Source: an uncultured Actinomycetota bacterium
GTDB taxonomy: Bacteria; Actinomycetota; Actinomycetes; Mycobacteriales; CADCTP01
Direction: 5' to 3'
DNA length: 64,000 nt
Assembly (NCBI GenBank): GCA_963728945.1
Contig: CAVSMA010000004.1
Coordinates: forward strand, 532,710-596,709
The notes beneath the pieces were generated by a model. That model had not been told where the DNA came from and did no database searches. It saw only the letters and a program-made list of their open reading frames with translations. Shown here piece by piece: positions 1 through 9,338 of this stretch; positions within the stretch are counted from its first letter, which is position 1, and each line of letters starts with the position of its first letter. Both the position numbers and the translations under genes were made by a program.

Positions 1-303
1 GAGGACCCCGTTGCGGATCCGCTCGATCCCGGCCGGACCCGGACCGGGCGGCACCGACGCCACCGGCGGGAACGGCCGCCCGGCGTTGTACCTCTCCTCC
101 AACCGGCTCACCTCCGCTGCCAGCACCCGCCCGGCCAGCTCGCTCAGGTTGGCCGACTCCCCGGGCTCGCCGGCGGTGGCGCGCACCGCGGCTCTGGCCC
201 GATCGACCAGGTCACGAGGCAGGTAGAAGCTGCGCTGTACCCGGTCCGGGCTGGTCCGGCTGCGTCGCCGCGGTCCGTCCCCGTACGGATCCCGCTCCCC
301 CAT
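1..303 (-). CDS. hypothetical protein, N-terminal part only (gene runs off the left edge); small basic, possibly DNA-binding protein divergent from the T4SS-like operon
   Basis: ATG at 303 (cat on + strand) opens a frame that stays open to position 1: MGERDPYGDGPRRRSRTSPDRVQRSFYLPRDLVDRARAAVRATAGEPGESANLSELAGRVLAAEVSRLEERYNAGRPFPP... Absent from the ORF track because there is no stop inside the window. Confidence 0.45.
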   Translation of the reverse strand, partial: MGERDPYGDGPRRRSRTSPDRVQRSFYLPRDLVDRARAAVRATAGEPGESANLSELAGRVLAAEVSRLEERYNAGRPFPPVASVPPGPGPAGIERIRNGVL

Positions 304-401
304 GTCGGACCCAACCCCTTTCCCCGCGTGGTGCCGCCTCGCCCGGACGGACGCACCCTAAGCGTGCGCTAGGTCGAATTCCGGCCACAGAAAGTAGTAT
401 A

Positions 402-416
402 AGTGACGCAGTCACT
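402..416. promoter_or_regulatory. 15-bp perfect palindrome AGTGAC-GCA-GTCACT in the AT-richer divergent promoter region
   Basis: Read directly. It lies next to -10-like TAGTAT/TATAAG, between the divergent starts at 303 and 542. Confidence 0.3.
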
Positions 417-541
417 GGTCCCGGGGCATCGGCGCCCGGCGGGAGTCATAGGAAAGTCGCATTAGACTTCCCCTCACGTGAATCCAGCACGTGCCGTAGT
501 GTCGTCGCAGCGTCGCGTTACCGCCGAAGGGAGCACTGGAC

Positions 542-799
542 GTGCAGCATCTAGCCGTCCACGTCCTGGCCGCCGAGCCCACGATCAACACGACCGGCGT
601 CGTGGCATGGATAGTGAAGTACATCATCCCGCTGCTGTTCGCCTTCGCCGCCGTGGTGATCATGTCTCGGGCCCACCAGGGCCGGACTCGCGAGAACGCC
701 GTCGTGGCCGTCAACCTGTTCCTCGGGATCATGCTCATCGCCGCCGGAGGCGCCCTGTTCGCCTTCGGCCAGCAGCTCGTCAACCTGATCCTCGGCTGA
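542..799 (+). CDS. small two-helix membrane protein (pilin/VirB2-sized), first gene of the T4SS-like operon
   Basis: GTG start after GAAGGGAG. 85 aa with two hydrophobic helices (VVAWIVKYIIPLLFAFAAVVIM; LFLGIMLIAAGGALFAF). Confidence 0.6.
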   Translation: MQHLAVHVLAAEPTINTTGVVAWIVKYIIPLLFAFAAVVIMSRAHQGRTRENAVVAVNLFLGIMLIAAGGALFAFGQQLVNLILG

Positions 800-833
800 G
801 TCCGATCACGCACCGGCCAGCGGAGGGAGACAC

Positions 834-1850
834 ATGGCGCTGACCGTCAGACCGGACGACGAGGTCTACCAGTTCGACACCGTCTGGCTCGGGCCGGACG
901 AATACACGCTGCCCATCCAGGCGCGCTACGTCGCCTGGGGCACCTGGCTGGCCTGCTTCCTGGTCGCGGCCGTGCTGATCATCCCGCTCGGCGGGGGCGG
1001 GCCGGCCGGCGTGCTGGGCTCGCTGGTCTGGTCTCTCGGCCTGTCGGTGGTGCTGTCCCGGGCGATCATGCTGATCGTCGACCACGAGCGCCCGCTGCGG
1101 TCGCTGCCGGCGCTGTTCAGCGCGGAGGCTCGGGCGGCGATGCACTCCCGCCGCCGCGGTGAGCGGTCGCTGCTGGTCCGGCCGGGCCGGGTGGTCGTGC
1201 GGGACACCCCGCCGAAGGTGCTCGCGATGCGCGAGCGGCAGCGCAGCCGGGCCGCCGGCAAGGCCGCCGGCAAGGGCGCCGGCAAGACCGCCGGCAAGAC
1301 CGCCGGCAAGACCGCCGGCAAGGCGTGGCGCAAGGCGCACCGGAAGGAGCAGCCGGTGGCCGAGGTCGCGCCGGTCGGGCAGCCGGTGACGACCGAGCTG
1401 GCGACGCCCGCGACGACCGAGCCGACGAGCGGGCTCGGCACTCCGGCCTGGACGGCGGACTCCGCGGTCGACGGCTGGCGCGCCCGCCGGACGCCGGCCT
1501 GGAGCATCAGGGCCGACGAGCACGACGTGTACGAGCCGGCACCCGTCCCGGTGCCGGTCGACGACGAGGTGCACGAGTTCGTCCGTGCACCCGATCCGGA
1601 GACCGCGCCCGCTCCGACCCCTGAGGTCGTGGCAGCGGCGGTCCGCCGGCCGGAGCCCGCGCCGGCGACGGTCCCGACGGTGGCCGAGCCGCCGGTCGGG
1701 CCGCGCGCCGGCACCGGCGGTCCCTTCCGGACAGATCCGCACCGGGCCGAGTCGAACGGGGGCGGCCGGGCAGTTCCGGCCGGCGACGAGGTCGATCCGC
1801 ACGCCGCGTTCGAGCGGCGCCTCGTGCTCCCCGCCAGGAAGGACCGCTGA
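834..1850 (+). CDS. membrane protein with long disordered Pro/Ala-rich tail (VirB3-position protein of the T4SS-like operon)
   Basis: ATG after GGAGGGAG. Two N-terminal TM helices, then low complexity including an (A/T)AGK x6 repeat. The stop overlaps the next start (TGATG). Confidence 0.6.
   Translation: MALTVRPDDEVYQFDTVWLGPDEYTLPIQARYVAWGTWLACFLVAAVLIIPLGGGGPAGVLGSLVWSLGLSVVLSRAIMLIVDHERPLRSLPALFSAEARAAMHSRRRGERSLLVRPGRVVVRDTPPKVLAMRERQRSRAAGKAAGKGAGKTAGKTAGKTAGKAWRKAHRKEQPVAEVAPVGQPVTTELATPATTEPTSGLGTPAWTADSAVDGWRARRTPAWSIRADEHDVYEPAPVPVPVDDEVHEFVRAPDPETAPAPTPEVVAAAVRRPEPAPATVPTVAEPPVGPRAGTGGPFRTDPHRAESNGGGRAVPAGDEVDPHAAFERRLVLPARKDR
1251..1322. repeat. 12-bp tandem repeat x6 (RCCGCCGGCAAG), in frame inside CDS 834..1850
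   Basis: Read directly; encodes AAGKAAGKGAGKTAGKTAGKTAGK. Confidence 0.85.
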
Positions 1851-4513
1851 TGGCTCGACGCCGCGAGGAGCCGCGCCCGGCTCAGCTCGGGCTCGCCCTC
1901 CGCGAGATCGCCGGCAACATCACGCTGACCAAACGCAGCGCGTACGCCTGGTACGTCGTGCCGCCCGCCCGCTGGGCCTGGCGCGCCGACGGCGACCGGC
2001 GCGCCATGGTGGACTCCGCCGGCATCGCGTACGCCGGCCTGGCCGGCCGCCGCCTGCGGATCCGGGTCACGAGCCGGCCGTACCCGGTCGCGGCCTGGGC
2101 CCGCGGCCTGCACGCCCGCACGCCGTCCCCGCTGCCCGGGGCGCGCGACAACGACTGGTCGGACAACCTGCTCGCGCAGCAGCGCTACCTGCGCACCTCC
2201 GCCACCGCGGAGAAGGAGGTCTACCTCGGCGTCGAGATCGCGCCGCGGTCCCGGATCACCGCGCTCGCCGACGCCGTGCTGGGCAAGGCCGGCAACCGGG
2301 AGCTCGCCCACCTCGACCGGGACGTCGAGCTGATCACCGAGGTGGTCCGCTCCCCCGGCATCGGTGGCCAACCGGCCGACCCGCGCCGGATGGAGTGGCT
2401 GCTGCACCGCTCGGTCGGGCTCGGGCTGCCGGCCCCGGGTGGGCTGATGTCGCCGCCGGGGCTGTCCGCGGAGTGGGAGACGACCGACCTGCACGCGTTC
2501 ACCGAGGGGGTCGTGGTGCGCCCGACCCCGCTCGGCCGGTGCGTGCAGATGATCGACCGCCGGCCCGACCACGACCCGCTGACCTCGTACGTCGCGGTCG
2601 TCACGCTGGGCCGGATGCCGGAGCTCGTGGTGCCCGACCCGCGCGGTCCCTGGCTGTCGGCGACCGACGCGCTGCCGTTCCCGGTCGAGGTGTGCTCGAC
2701 GGTCGACGTGCTGGCCGGCACCGCCACCCGCGGCGGCGTCACCAAGGCGCTGCTGCGCATCCGGGACCAGCAGCGGCAATACCAGATCCACGACGTCGAC
2801 GAGCCGGCCGCGCTGACCCGGCAGGCCGAGCACGCCCGGCGCATCGAGGACGAGATGAGCCACGGCGACGACCTGGTCTCCACCCGCACCGAGGGCTGGT
2901 ACCGGCTGGCCGTCGCCGGCCGCACCGAGAACGAGTGCATGGAGCGGGTCCGGGCGGTGCGCGACCTCTACAAGCGCCGGCACATGGACGCCGTGCTGAC
3001 CAAGGGCCAGGCCGCGCTGGTCCGCGAGTTCGTGCCGGGCGAGCCGATCGCCTCCAGCGCGTACCGCCGCCGGCTGCCGATGCGCTACTTCGCGGCCGGC
3101 CTCCCGCAGGTGGCCACCCGGCTGGGCGACCGTCGCGGGCCGCTGATCGGGATCATCGCGTCGAGCGTGCGCCGGCCGGTCATGTTCGACACGCACTACT
3201 CGACCGAGGTGAAGAAGGCGTCCGGGCTGGTGCCGATCGTCGGCCGGCAGGGCGCCGGCAAGTCGGTGCTCGAGGCGGCGATCTGCTACCAGGCCGCCCG
3301 GCGCGGAATCCGCACGGTCATGCTCGACCCGTCCGGCCCGCTGGCCGCGCTGGTCGAGATGCCCGAGCTGAAGGAGTTCGCCGAGCACATCGACCTGGCC
3401 AAGGCGCCGGCCGGCACGCTCTCGCCGTGGGCGGTGGTCCCGGAGCCGCAGCCGGGCCACTTCGACTCGCAGGAGCAGTACGACGAGGCGATGGACGAGG
3501 CCAGGGCCGAGCGCAAGACGCTGGCCATCGACATCGCCCGGATGCTGCTGCCGGCCCAGATCGACCACAACCCGCACACCGAGCCGCTGCTGCTGCGGGC
3601 GATCCGCGAGGTCGGCGCCGAACCCACGAGCAACTACTGGGCGGTCACCTGGCGGCTGCGGGAGTACGCGGGGCTGCGGTTCGACGGTGCGCCGATGGAC
3701 CCGGACGACGAGGGCTACAAGCGGCTGCGGGACGAGTCGGCGGCGATGCACGCGCAGACCCTGGCCGACCTGCTCTCCGACACCGCGGAGACCAGGCAGG
3801 GCCGGCTGTTCTTCCCGCCGCTGACCCCGCAGGGGCAGGAGCTGGCGGCCCGCCCGCTGCACACCGAGGCCGTGCTCACCGTGATCACGATGAGCGGGCT
3901 GGTGCTGCCGAACCCGACCGTCCCGCGCGAGCACTGGTCGTTCACCGAACGGATGAGCGTGCCGGCGCTGCACCTCGCCTCCTGGTATGCGACCCGGGCG
4001 ATCTACGGCCTGCCCCGGCACGTCCGCAAGGTGCTCGCCCTGGACGAGTGCCACTTCCTGGCCATGTGGCCGGTCGGCCGGGCGCTGTTCCAGCGGGTCG
4101 GCCGGGACACCCGCAAGTACAACGTGTGCTGCCTGGCCGCCTCCCAGGACCCGGCGGACACGCTGAACATGGACGTCGCCAACCACGTGGCCGCGAGCTT
4201 CATCGGCCGGATCGAGGACGAGCGGGTGGCGGCGGACGCGCTGCGGCTGCTCGGCGTGCCGACCGGTGCCGGGTACGAGCACGCGATCGGCACGCTGTCC
4301 CAGCCCGGTCCGGACGGCACGCCGCCGGACTACCGGGAGTTCGTGTTCCGGGACGCGGACGGCAACGTGGACCGGTTCGTGGCCGACCTCTCGTACAACC
4401 AGGGCCTGCTCGCGGTGGTCAACACCGACGCCCGGCAGCCGGGTGAGGCCGACGCCGACCCGTCCAGCGTGGACGACTACGCCGACTTCACCGACGACCG
4501 GGTGACGGTGTGA
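1850..4513 (+). CDS. VirB4/TraC-like secretion ATPase ('ATP/GTP-binding protein' of the conserved actinobacterial T4SS-like locus)
   Basis: 887 aa. Walker A IVGRQGAGKSV, Walker B-like KVLALDECHFL. Protein-like throughout and coupled to the flanking genes. Confidence 0.8.
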   Translation: MARRREEPRPAQLGLALREIAGNITLTKRSAYAWYVVPPARWAWRADGDRRAMVDSAGIAYAGLAGRRLRIRVTSRPYPVAAWARGLHARTPSPLPGARDNDWSDNLLAQQRYLRTSATAEKEVYLGVEIAPRSRITALADAVLGKAGNRELAHLDRDVELITEVVRSPGIGGQPADPRRMEWLLHRSVGLGLPAPGGLMSPPGLSAEWETTDLHAFTEGVVVRPTPLGRCVQMIDRRPDHDPLTSYVAVVTLGRMPELVVPDPRGPWLSATDALPFPVEVCSTVDVLAGTATRGGVTKALLRIRDQQRQYQIHDVDEPAALTRQAEHARRIEDEMSHGDDLVSTRTEGWYRLAVAGRTENECMERVRAVRDLYKRRHMDAVLTKGQAALVREFVPGEPIASSAYRRRLPMRYFAAGLPQVATRLGDRRGPLIGIIASSVRRPVMFDTHYSTEVKKASGLVPIVGRQGAGKSVLEAAICYQAARRGIRTVMLDPSGPLAALVEMPELKEFAEHIDLAKAPAGTLSPWAVVPEPQPGHFDSQEQYDEAMDEARAERKTLAIDIARMLLPAQIDHNPHTEPLLLRAIREVGAEPTSNYWAVTWRLREYAGLRFDGAPMDPDDEGYKRLRDESAAMHAQTLADLLSDTAETRQGRLFFPPLTPQGQELAARPLHTEAVLTVITMSGLVLPNPTVPREHWSFTERMSVPALHLASWYATRAIYGLPRHVRKVLALDECHFLAMWPVGRALFQRVGRDTRKYNVCCLAASQDPADTLNMDVANHVAASFIGRIEDERVAADALRLLGVPTGAGYEHAIGTLSQPGPDGTPPDYREFVFRDADGNVDRFVADLSYNQGLLAVVNTDARQPGEADADPSSVDDYADFTDDRVTV

Positions 4514-4693
4514 GCAGCACGCCGACGGCCGCGCCCGGCCGTGTCCTGCGGGCGGCGGCCCGGGCGCTCGACCACGCCGCCGGCCGGGCCGACGCGCCGG
4601 CTCCGGAGCCGGTCCGGCCTGCTCCCACCGCGGCTGCGCTGCTGCCGGCGCCCGGGCAGCAGGGGCGCCGGCCCCGGCCGCCGGCCTCGGTGG

Positions 4694-6724
4694 GTGCGGG
4701 TCACCGCGAAGGTGCTCGGCGTGTTCGTGCTGGCCGCGGCGACGCTGTTCGTCGCGCCCGGCACCGCGTCGGCGCTGCCGATCGTCGGCGGGTGCACCAC
4801 GCCGCCGGCGCCGGAGTCGCCCCAGCAGGGCATCTCCGGCTTCTTCATGTCGAAGCCGAACCCGCTGCCGCCGACCGAGGACCCGTTCGCGGCGAACGCG
4901 AAGACGACGCCGTTCGAGCAGTACGGCCTGGCCGGGCTGTCCTGGTACACCTACGACCTCGGCTGCGGCGGTGCCGCCCGCGACCCGTCCGGCTCGATCT
5001 CGACCTGGGCAGCGCGGCTGATGTTCATTCCGGCCAAGGCCACGGTCGCGGCGCTGACCGGGGTGATGCAGGCGGCCCTGCACCCGACGTACCTGTCCGC
5101 GTTCGACCCGCTGCTCAACAGCCTGGTCAGCCAGCTGCGCCGGGCCGTCTACACGCCGCTGTTCCCGCTCGCGGTGATGCTCACCGGCCTGCTGCTGATG
5201 GCCCAGGCGACCCGACAACGGGTGTCCGAGTCGACCACCGCGATCGGCTGGTGCCTGCTCGTCACGGTCATCGCGGCGGCGTTGTTCGCCTGGCCGGTGA
5301 AGGCAGGGCATGCCGCCGACACGGTGATCAGCAAGGGCGTGGCCACGGTCTCGGCCGGCATCACCGGCAACGGCGGCGACCCCGGCGACCAGGTCGCCAA
5401 CATGCTGTACGGGCCGTTCCTCTACCGCATGTGGCTGATGGGCGAGTTCTGCGACCCGGACAGCACCGGCGCACAGAAGCACGGTTCCGCGCTGCTGCAG
5501 GCGCAGGCGCTGAGCTGGCAGGAGGCCGAGCAGGCCAAGACGGGCGGGGAGAAGGTCACCGACGCCAAGCAGAAGACGTTCGGCGACGTGGCCGGGAAGG
5601 TGAAGAGCGACGACCCGTCGGCGTACGAGTGCGTCGCGGGGCACGGCAGCGCGTCGCTGGAGGCGTCGATCCTCGCCGACGTGGGCGTCCTGCTGATGGC
5701 ACCATTCCTGCTGGTCGGCGGGTTGATCCTGATCGCCGCGTACCTGGTCGTGCGGTTCGCGGTGATCTTCGCGCCGGCGCTGCTCACCGCGGGCGCGTTC
5801 TTCCCGCTGCGCGGGATCGTGCTGGCCGCCGGTCGGGTCGTCGCCGCCGCGATCATCAACGGCATCCTGTTCACGCTCGCGGTGCTGCTGGTGATCCGGG
5901 TGGACTCGGCCATCCTCGACCCGTCGACCGCGCTGCCGGCCTGGCTCCGGCTGGTGCTGGTCGGCGTCGTCACGGTCGTGATGTGGTATCTGACCAGGCC
6001 GTTCCGGAAGCTCACGACGATGGTGACGACCGGGCGGATGGCCTGGGCGATGGGCGACCGGTCGTACTACGAGCGCGGCGGGCTGTTCGGCCGCCGGCGC
6101 GGCTTCGACGCGGCGATCGTGGCGGACGACGGGCATGCCGCGGTGCTGTCCCGGGAGGAGGCCCGCGGTCCGGCCGGCATGCCGCGGGGCGCGCCGGCGG
6201 CGGTGGTGGCGCCGGTCTCGGTGTCCTCGACCAGGTCGGACGGCGGCGGCAAGGTCGCCGCGGCCGCGGCGGGGGCTGCGGTCGGCGCGGCGGCGGCCGG
6301 CTCCCGTGGCGACCCGCCCGGCCGGTCGACCGCGGCCACCGGCGACGGGCCCCGGCGCGGGCCGGCGGGCTCCGGTGCGCGCTCCCCGGCCGGTGCGGCG
6401 GCCGGCGCGGCGGGCGGCAGCGGCTCCGGCCGCGGGCGCCCGGCCGCGACGGGCGGCGGGACGGCAGGGGTCGGCGACAGCGTGCCGGTGCACGCACCGC
6501 CGCCGAGCCCGCGCCGCCGGCCGACTGCCAGCCCGGTGCGGGCCAACCGGCGCCTCGACGAGGGCCTGTTCGACGCCGGTGCCCCCGGCCGGCCGGCGCC
6601 CGAGGACGACGCCCGCGGCTACCTCAGCCCGGTCCGGGTCGAGGTCGCCGACGACGAGCTCTACCGCCTGTTCGACCCGGCCCGGCCGTCCCGGCCGTCC
6701 CGGAACGGGAGCGGCCGCTCGTGA
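4694..6724 (+). CDS. polytopic TrbL/VirB6-like membrane protein with low-complexity Ala/Gly/Pro/Arg C-terminal tail
   Basis: GTG 4694 gives a signal/TM start VRVTAKVLGVFVLAAATLFVAPGTASA, followed by multiple TM helices. The ORF-track start at 4541 adds only an Arg/Pro-rich leader. Confidence 0.65.
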   Translation: MRVTAKVLGVFVLAAATLFVAPGTASALPIVGGCTTPPAPESPQQGISGFFMSKPNPLPPTEDPFAANAKTTPFEQYGLAGLSWYTYDLGCGGAARDPSGSISTWAARLMFIPAKATVAALTGVMQAALHPTYLSAFDPLLNSLVSQLRRAVYTPLFPLAVMLTGLLLMAQATRQRVSESTTAIGWCLLVTVIAAALFAWPVKAGHAADTVISKGVATVSAGITGNGGDPGDQVANMLYGPFLYRMWLMGEFCDPDSTGAQKHGSALLQAQALSWQEAEQAKTGGEKVTDAKQKTFGDVAGKVKSDDPSAYECVAGHGSASLEASILADVGVLLMAPFLLVGGLILIAAYLVVRFAVIFAPALLTAGAFFPLRGIVLAAGRVVAAAIINGILFTLAVLLVIRVDSAILDPSTALPAWLRLVLVGVVTVVMWYLTRPFRKLTTMVTTGRMAWAMGDRSYYERGGLFGRRRGFDAAIVADDGHAAVLSREEARGPAGMPRGAPAAVVAPVSVSSTRSDGGGKVAAAAAGAAVGAAAAGSRGDPPGRSTAATGDGPRRGPAGSGARSPAGAAAGAAGGSGSGRGRPAATGGGTAGVGDSVPVHAPPPSPRRRPTASPVRANRRLDEGLFDAGAPGRPAPEDDARGYLSPVRVEVADDELYRLFDPARPSRPSRNGSGRS

Positions 6725-7401
6725 TCAGGCTGCTGCGGCTGGTGTCCTGGGCGGTCCACTGGGCCACCAGGACGCCGCGGCGGGTGATCGGTGTGCTCGC
6801 CGTCCCGATCCTGGTCGCGGTCGCGCTGGCGGCCGGGCCGATGCGGGACCGGCCGGACACCACCGGATCCGGGCCGGTCGCCGCCCCGACGAGGGCCGCG
6901 CCGACGCCGACCGGCCCCCGGTCCACCGAGCTGCCGGACACCACCACGCCGGTCCGGCCGCAGCCGACCGTGCCGTCGTTCCGGCTCAGCCAGGCCCAGC
7001 AGGCGGCCGCGGTCGCGTACGTCGTCGCGGCCAACAGCCACGACGCCCGCCCCGGCCGGGACAAGGCCTTCACCGACTCGTACGGGCGCGCGAAGCCGTA
7101 CGTGACCGCGGACCTGTACCGGCAGATCACGGCGGCCGACCCGCGCCGCGGTGACTACCAGTGGCGGCAGTGGCTGGCGAGCGAGGCGACCGTCGAGGTG
7201 ACCGTGCTTGCCGCCGGCGTCCCGGACGGGGCGCCGGCACCGACCGCGACCACCGCGTACACCCGGGTGCAGTTCCGGCAGACGGTCCGGCCGACGGCCG
7301 GCGCCCAGCCCCCGACGTCCACCGTCGACGTGCTCAACCTGCTCGTCACCCGCGGCAACGACGGCCGCTGGCTGGTCTCCCGGCTGCTGGCGGACGTGTG
7401 A
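6721..7401 (+). CDS. single-pass membrane-anchored protein of the T4SS-like operon
   Basis: GTG overlaps the preceding stop (GTGA). One TM helix (VIGVLAVPILVAVALAA), a Pro/Thr linker and a globular C-terminal domain. Confidence 0.6.
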   Translation: MIRLLRLVSWAVHWATRTPRRVIGVLAVPILVAVALAAGPMRDRPDTTGSGPVAAPTRAAPTPTGPRSTELPDTTTPVRPQPTVPSFRLSQAQQAAAVAYVVAANSHDARPGRDKAFTDSYGRAKPYVTADLYRQITAADPRRGDYQWRQWLASEATVEVTVLAAGVPDGAPAPTATTAYTRVQFRQTVRPTAGAQPPTSTVDVLNLLVTRGNDGRWLVSRLLADV

Positions 7402-8603
7402 GCACATACGGGGGGAGACCCCCCGTAGACCCCCCCGAAGCCCTGGGCACATACGCGGGGAGAGGCGCGGTACGCCTTGCCGACGCGCCGAGTGGGGCGA
7501 CCGGCGCGACGCGGGCGGGGCCGAGGGTCTCGCGCGGCGCGATCGCACTGCTGCTCAGCGCGCCGGTCACGGTGCCGGTGGCGCTGATGCTGGTGGCGGC
7601 GTTCCTGCTGACCGCGCTGGCCGGCGGCGGCAGCGTGAGCAACAACGACGTGCCGCCCGGCGGGGTCGTCGGTGGCACGCTCAAGGGCGGCGTGCCGGTG
7701 CCGCAGGAGGTCGTCGCGCTGGTCGAGTCGTCGATCCAGGCGGCCGGCAGCCAGTTCGTCACGGAGAGCGTGCTCGCCGCGCAGCTCTTCCAGGAGTCGC
7801 ACTTCAACGAGGCCGCGGTCTCGCCGGTCGGAGCACAGGGGATCGCCCAGTTCATGCCGGCGACCTGGGCGGCCTGGGGCCGGGACGAGAACGGCGACGG
7901 CAGGGCCGACCCGTTCGACATGCAGGACGCGATCCCGGCGGCCGCCCGGTTCGACGCACACGTCGCCGACCAGGTCGCGTCGGTGCCCGGGGACCGCACC
8001 GAGCTGATGCTCGCCGCGTACAACGCCGGGCCGGGAGCGGTGCAGCAATACCAGGGCGTGCCGCCGTTCCAGGAGACCCAGGCGTACGTCCGGACGATCA
8101 CCGACCTCGCCTCCGAGTGGGCGGTCACGCCGACGCTGGTCGGTGCCGGTGCGGGACCGATACCGGCGCCGGAGCCGGGCGAGGTCGAGCTGACCGGCAA
8201 CCAGATCATCGACACCGCGATGTCGTGGGCGGTCGCGCAGATCGGCTCCTGGTACCAGTGGGGCGGGACCTGCAAGGATCCGTTCGGGCCGAGCGTGATG
8301 GGCCGCTGCGACTGCTCGTCGCTCACCCAGCAGGCATACGCGCACGCCGGCGTGGCGATCCCGCGGGTGGCGCGGGACCAGCAGCACTTCGGCAGCGAGG
8401 TGCCGAACCCGGCCGACATCCAGCCCGGTGATCTGATCACCATTCCGGGTGCGGACGGGACGCCGACCGTCGCGGGACACGTCGGGATGTACGTCGGGCA
8501 CGGAATGGTCGTCGAGGCGCCGTTCACCGGAGCGCAGGTGCGCCTCGTGCCGGCGCGCACCTACACGGACATCATCTCGATCCGCCGCATAGTCACCGGC
8601 TGA
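7398..8603 (+). CDS. secreted bifunctional cell-wall hydrolase: lytic transglycosylase (SLT) + NlpC/P60 endopeptidase
   Basis: GTG overlaps the preceding stop. SLT motif QESHFNEAAVSPVGAQGIAQFMP...AAYNAGPGAV, then NlpC/P60 motifs CDCSSLTQQAY...GHVGMYVGHG. Confidence 0.85.
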   Translation: MSTYGGRPPVDPPEALGTYAGRGAVRLADAPSGATGATRAGPRVSRGAIALLLSAPVTVPVALMLVAAFLLTALAGGGSVSNNDVPPGGVVGGTLKGGVPVPQEVVALVESSIQAAGSQFVTESVLAAQLFQESHFNEAAVSPVGAQGIAQFMPATWAAWGRDENGDGRADPFDMQDAIPAAARFDAHVADQVASVPGDRTELMLAAYNAGPGAVQQYQGVPPFQETQAYVRTITDLASEWAVTPTLVGAGAGPIPAPEPGEVELTGNQIIDTAMSWAVAQIGSWYQWGGTCKDPFGPSVMGRCDCSSLTQQAYAHAGVAIPRVARDQQHFGSEVPNPADIQPGDLITIPGADGTPTVAGHVGMYVGHGMVVEAPFTGAQVRLVPARTYTDIISIRRIVTG

Positions 8604-9004
8604 CGGCGCATTTTTCCCCGCATTCATCATCGACAAACCACCCGGCGTTGGGCCGATTCCCGACCCATTCCGAATGGTGTCCCGCGACGCTTTCGATTGC
8701 CTGTGATCCCGCCATCCGCCCATTCCGGCAATCTCCGGCGCCGGCGCGTTCCCGCCGACCCGGTTTGCCCTTGCTGTCGCCGACCGGCGCCGGGAGCGGC
8801 GCCGACGCTCGATACGCCACCGCCGGCTCGCGGCGAACCGGGCCAGGCGAGCCAGTGTCCGCGTCCGGAGTCCTCGCACCGCTTCCCGGCGGCCGGACCA
8901 CGACCGGCCGAGTCGCCATCGCGGCCGAGAACCCCGGTATCCGCCACTTCTCGGCCGTGCCGGACGCCGGCTGGATCACCGGCAACCGCACGGAACCTCT
9001 GACG

Positions 9005-9208
9005 CTAGACCGACTGCCGCTGGCCGGACCCGGGGAGGTTGGCCGCGCTTCCGGTGGCCCGGACCGGCGGCACCGCGGATCGCCGCCCGGCCAGCCAGCC
9101 GAGCAGCACCCCGAGCGCGGCGGCGGCCGCGCCGCCGGCTCCGATCCGGCCGCCCCGGCTGTCCCGCGCGGCCCGTACCGCGTCCCGCATCGACCGCCCG
9201 ACACCCAT
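9005..9208 (-). CDS. small (67 aa) hypothetical membrane protein
   Basis: ATG preceded by a near-perfect SD (GAAGGAGGACCAG-ATG). Has a hydrophobic segment GAGGAAAAALGVLLGWLAG. Confidence 0.5.
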   Translation of the reverse strand: MGVGRSMRDAVRAARDSRGGRIGAGGAAAAALGVLLGWLAGRRSAVPPVRATGSAANLPGSGQRQSV

Positions 9209-9338
9209 CTGGTCCTCCTTCGCTCACGAATCAACGATCATTCCTACCCACTTCCGATTGCCATTTCACGCGTCATTCCAAGTCGTTTCCGAGCTATCTC
9301 GGCGGGTAGTCAGCAAGACGAAGAGGGAAACGTACTCG

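Noticed and set aside
4541-4693. ORF-track ATG start for the VirB6-like gene
   Set aside because: It adds about 50 aa of Arg/Pro-rich sequence (MSCGRRPGRSTTPPAGPTRRLRSRSG...). The in-frame GTG at 4694 starts exactly at a signal/TM segment. The upstream start cannot be excluded.
926-6493. 1855-aa minus-strand ORF spanning the T4SS-like operon
   Set aside because: Its composition is almost pure Arg/Pro/Gly/Ala/His with no motifs. It runs antisense to several clearly protein-like plus-strand genes, which is the usual stop-free antisense frame of very GC-rich DNA.
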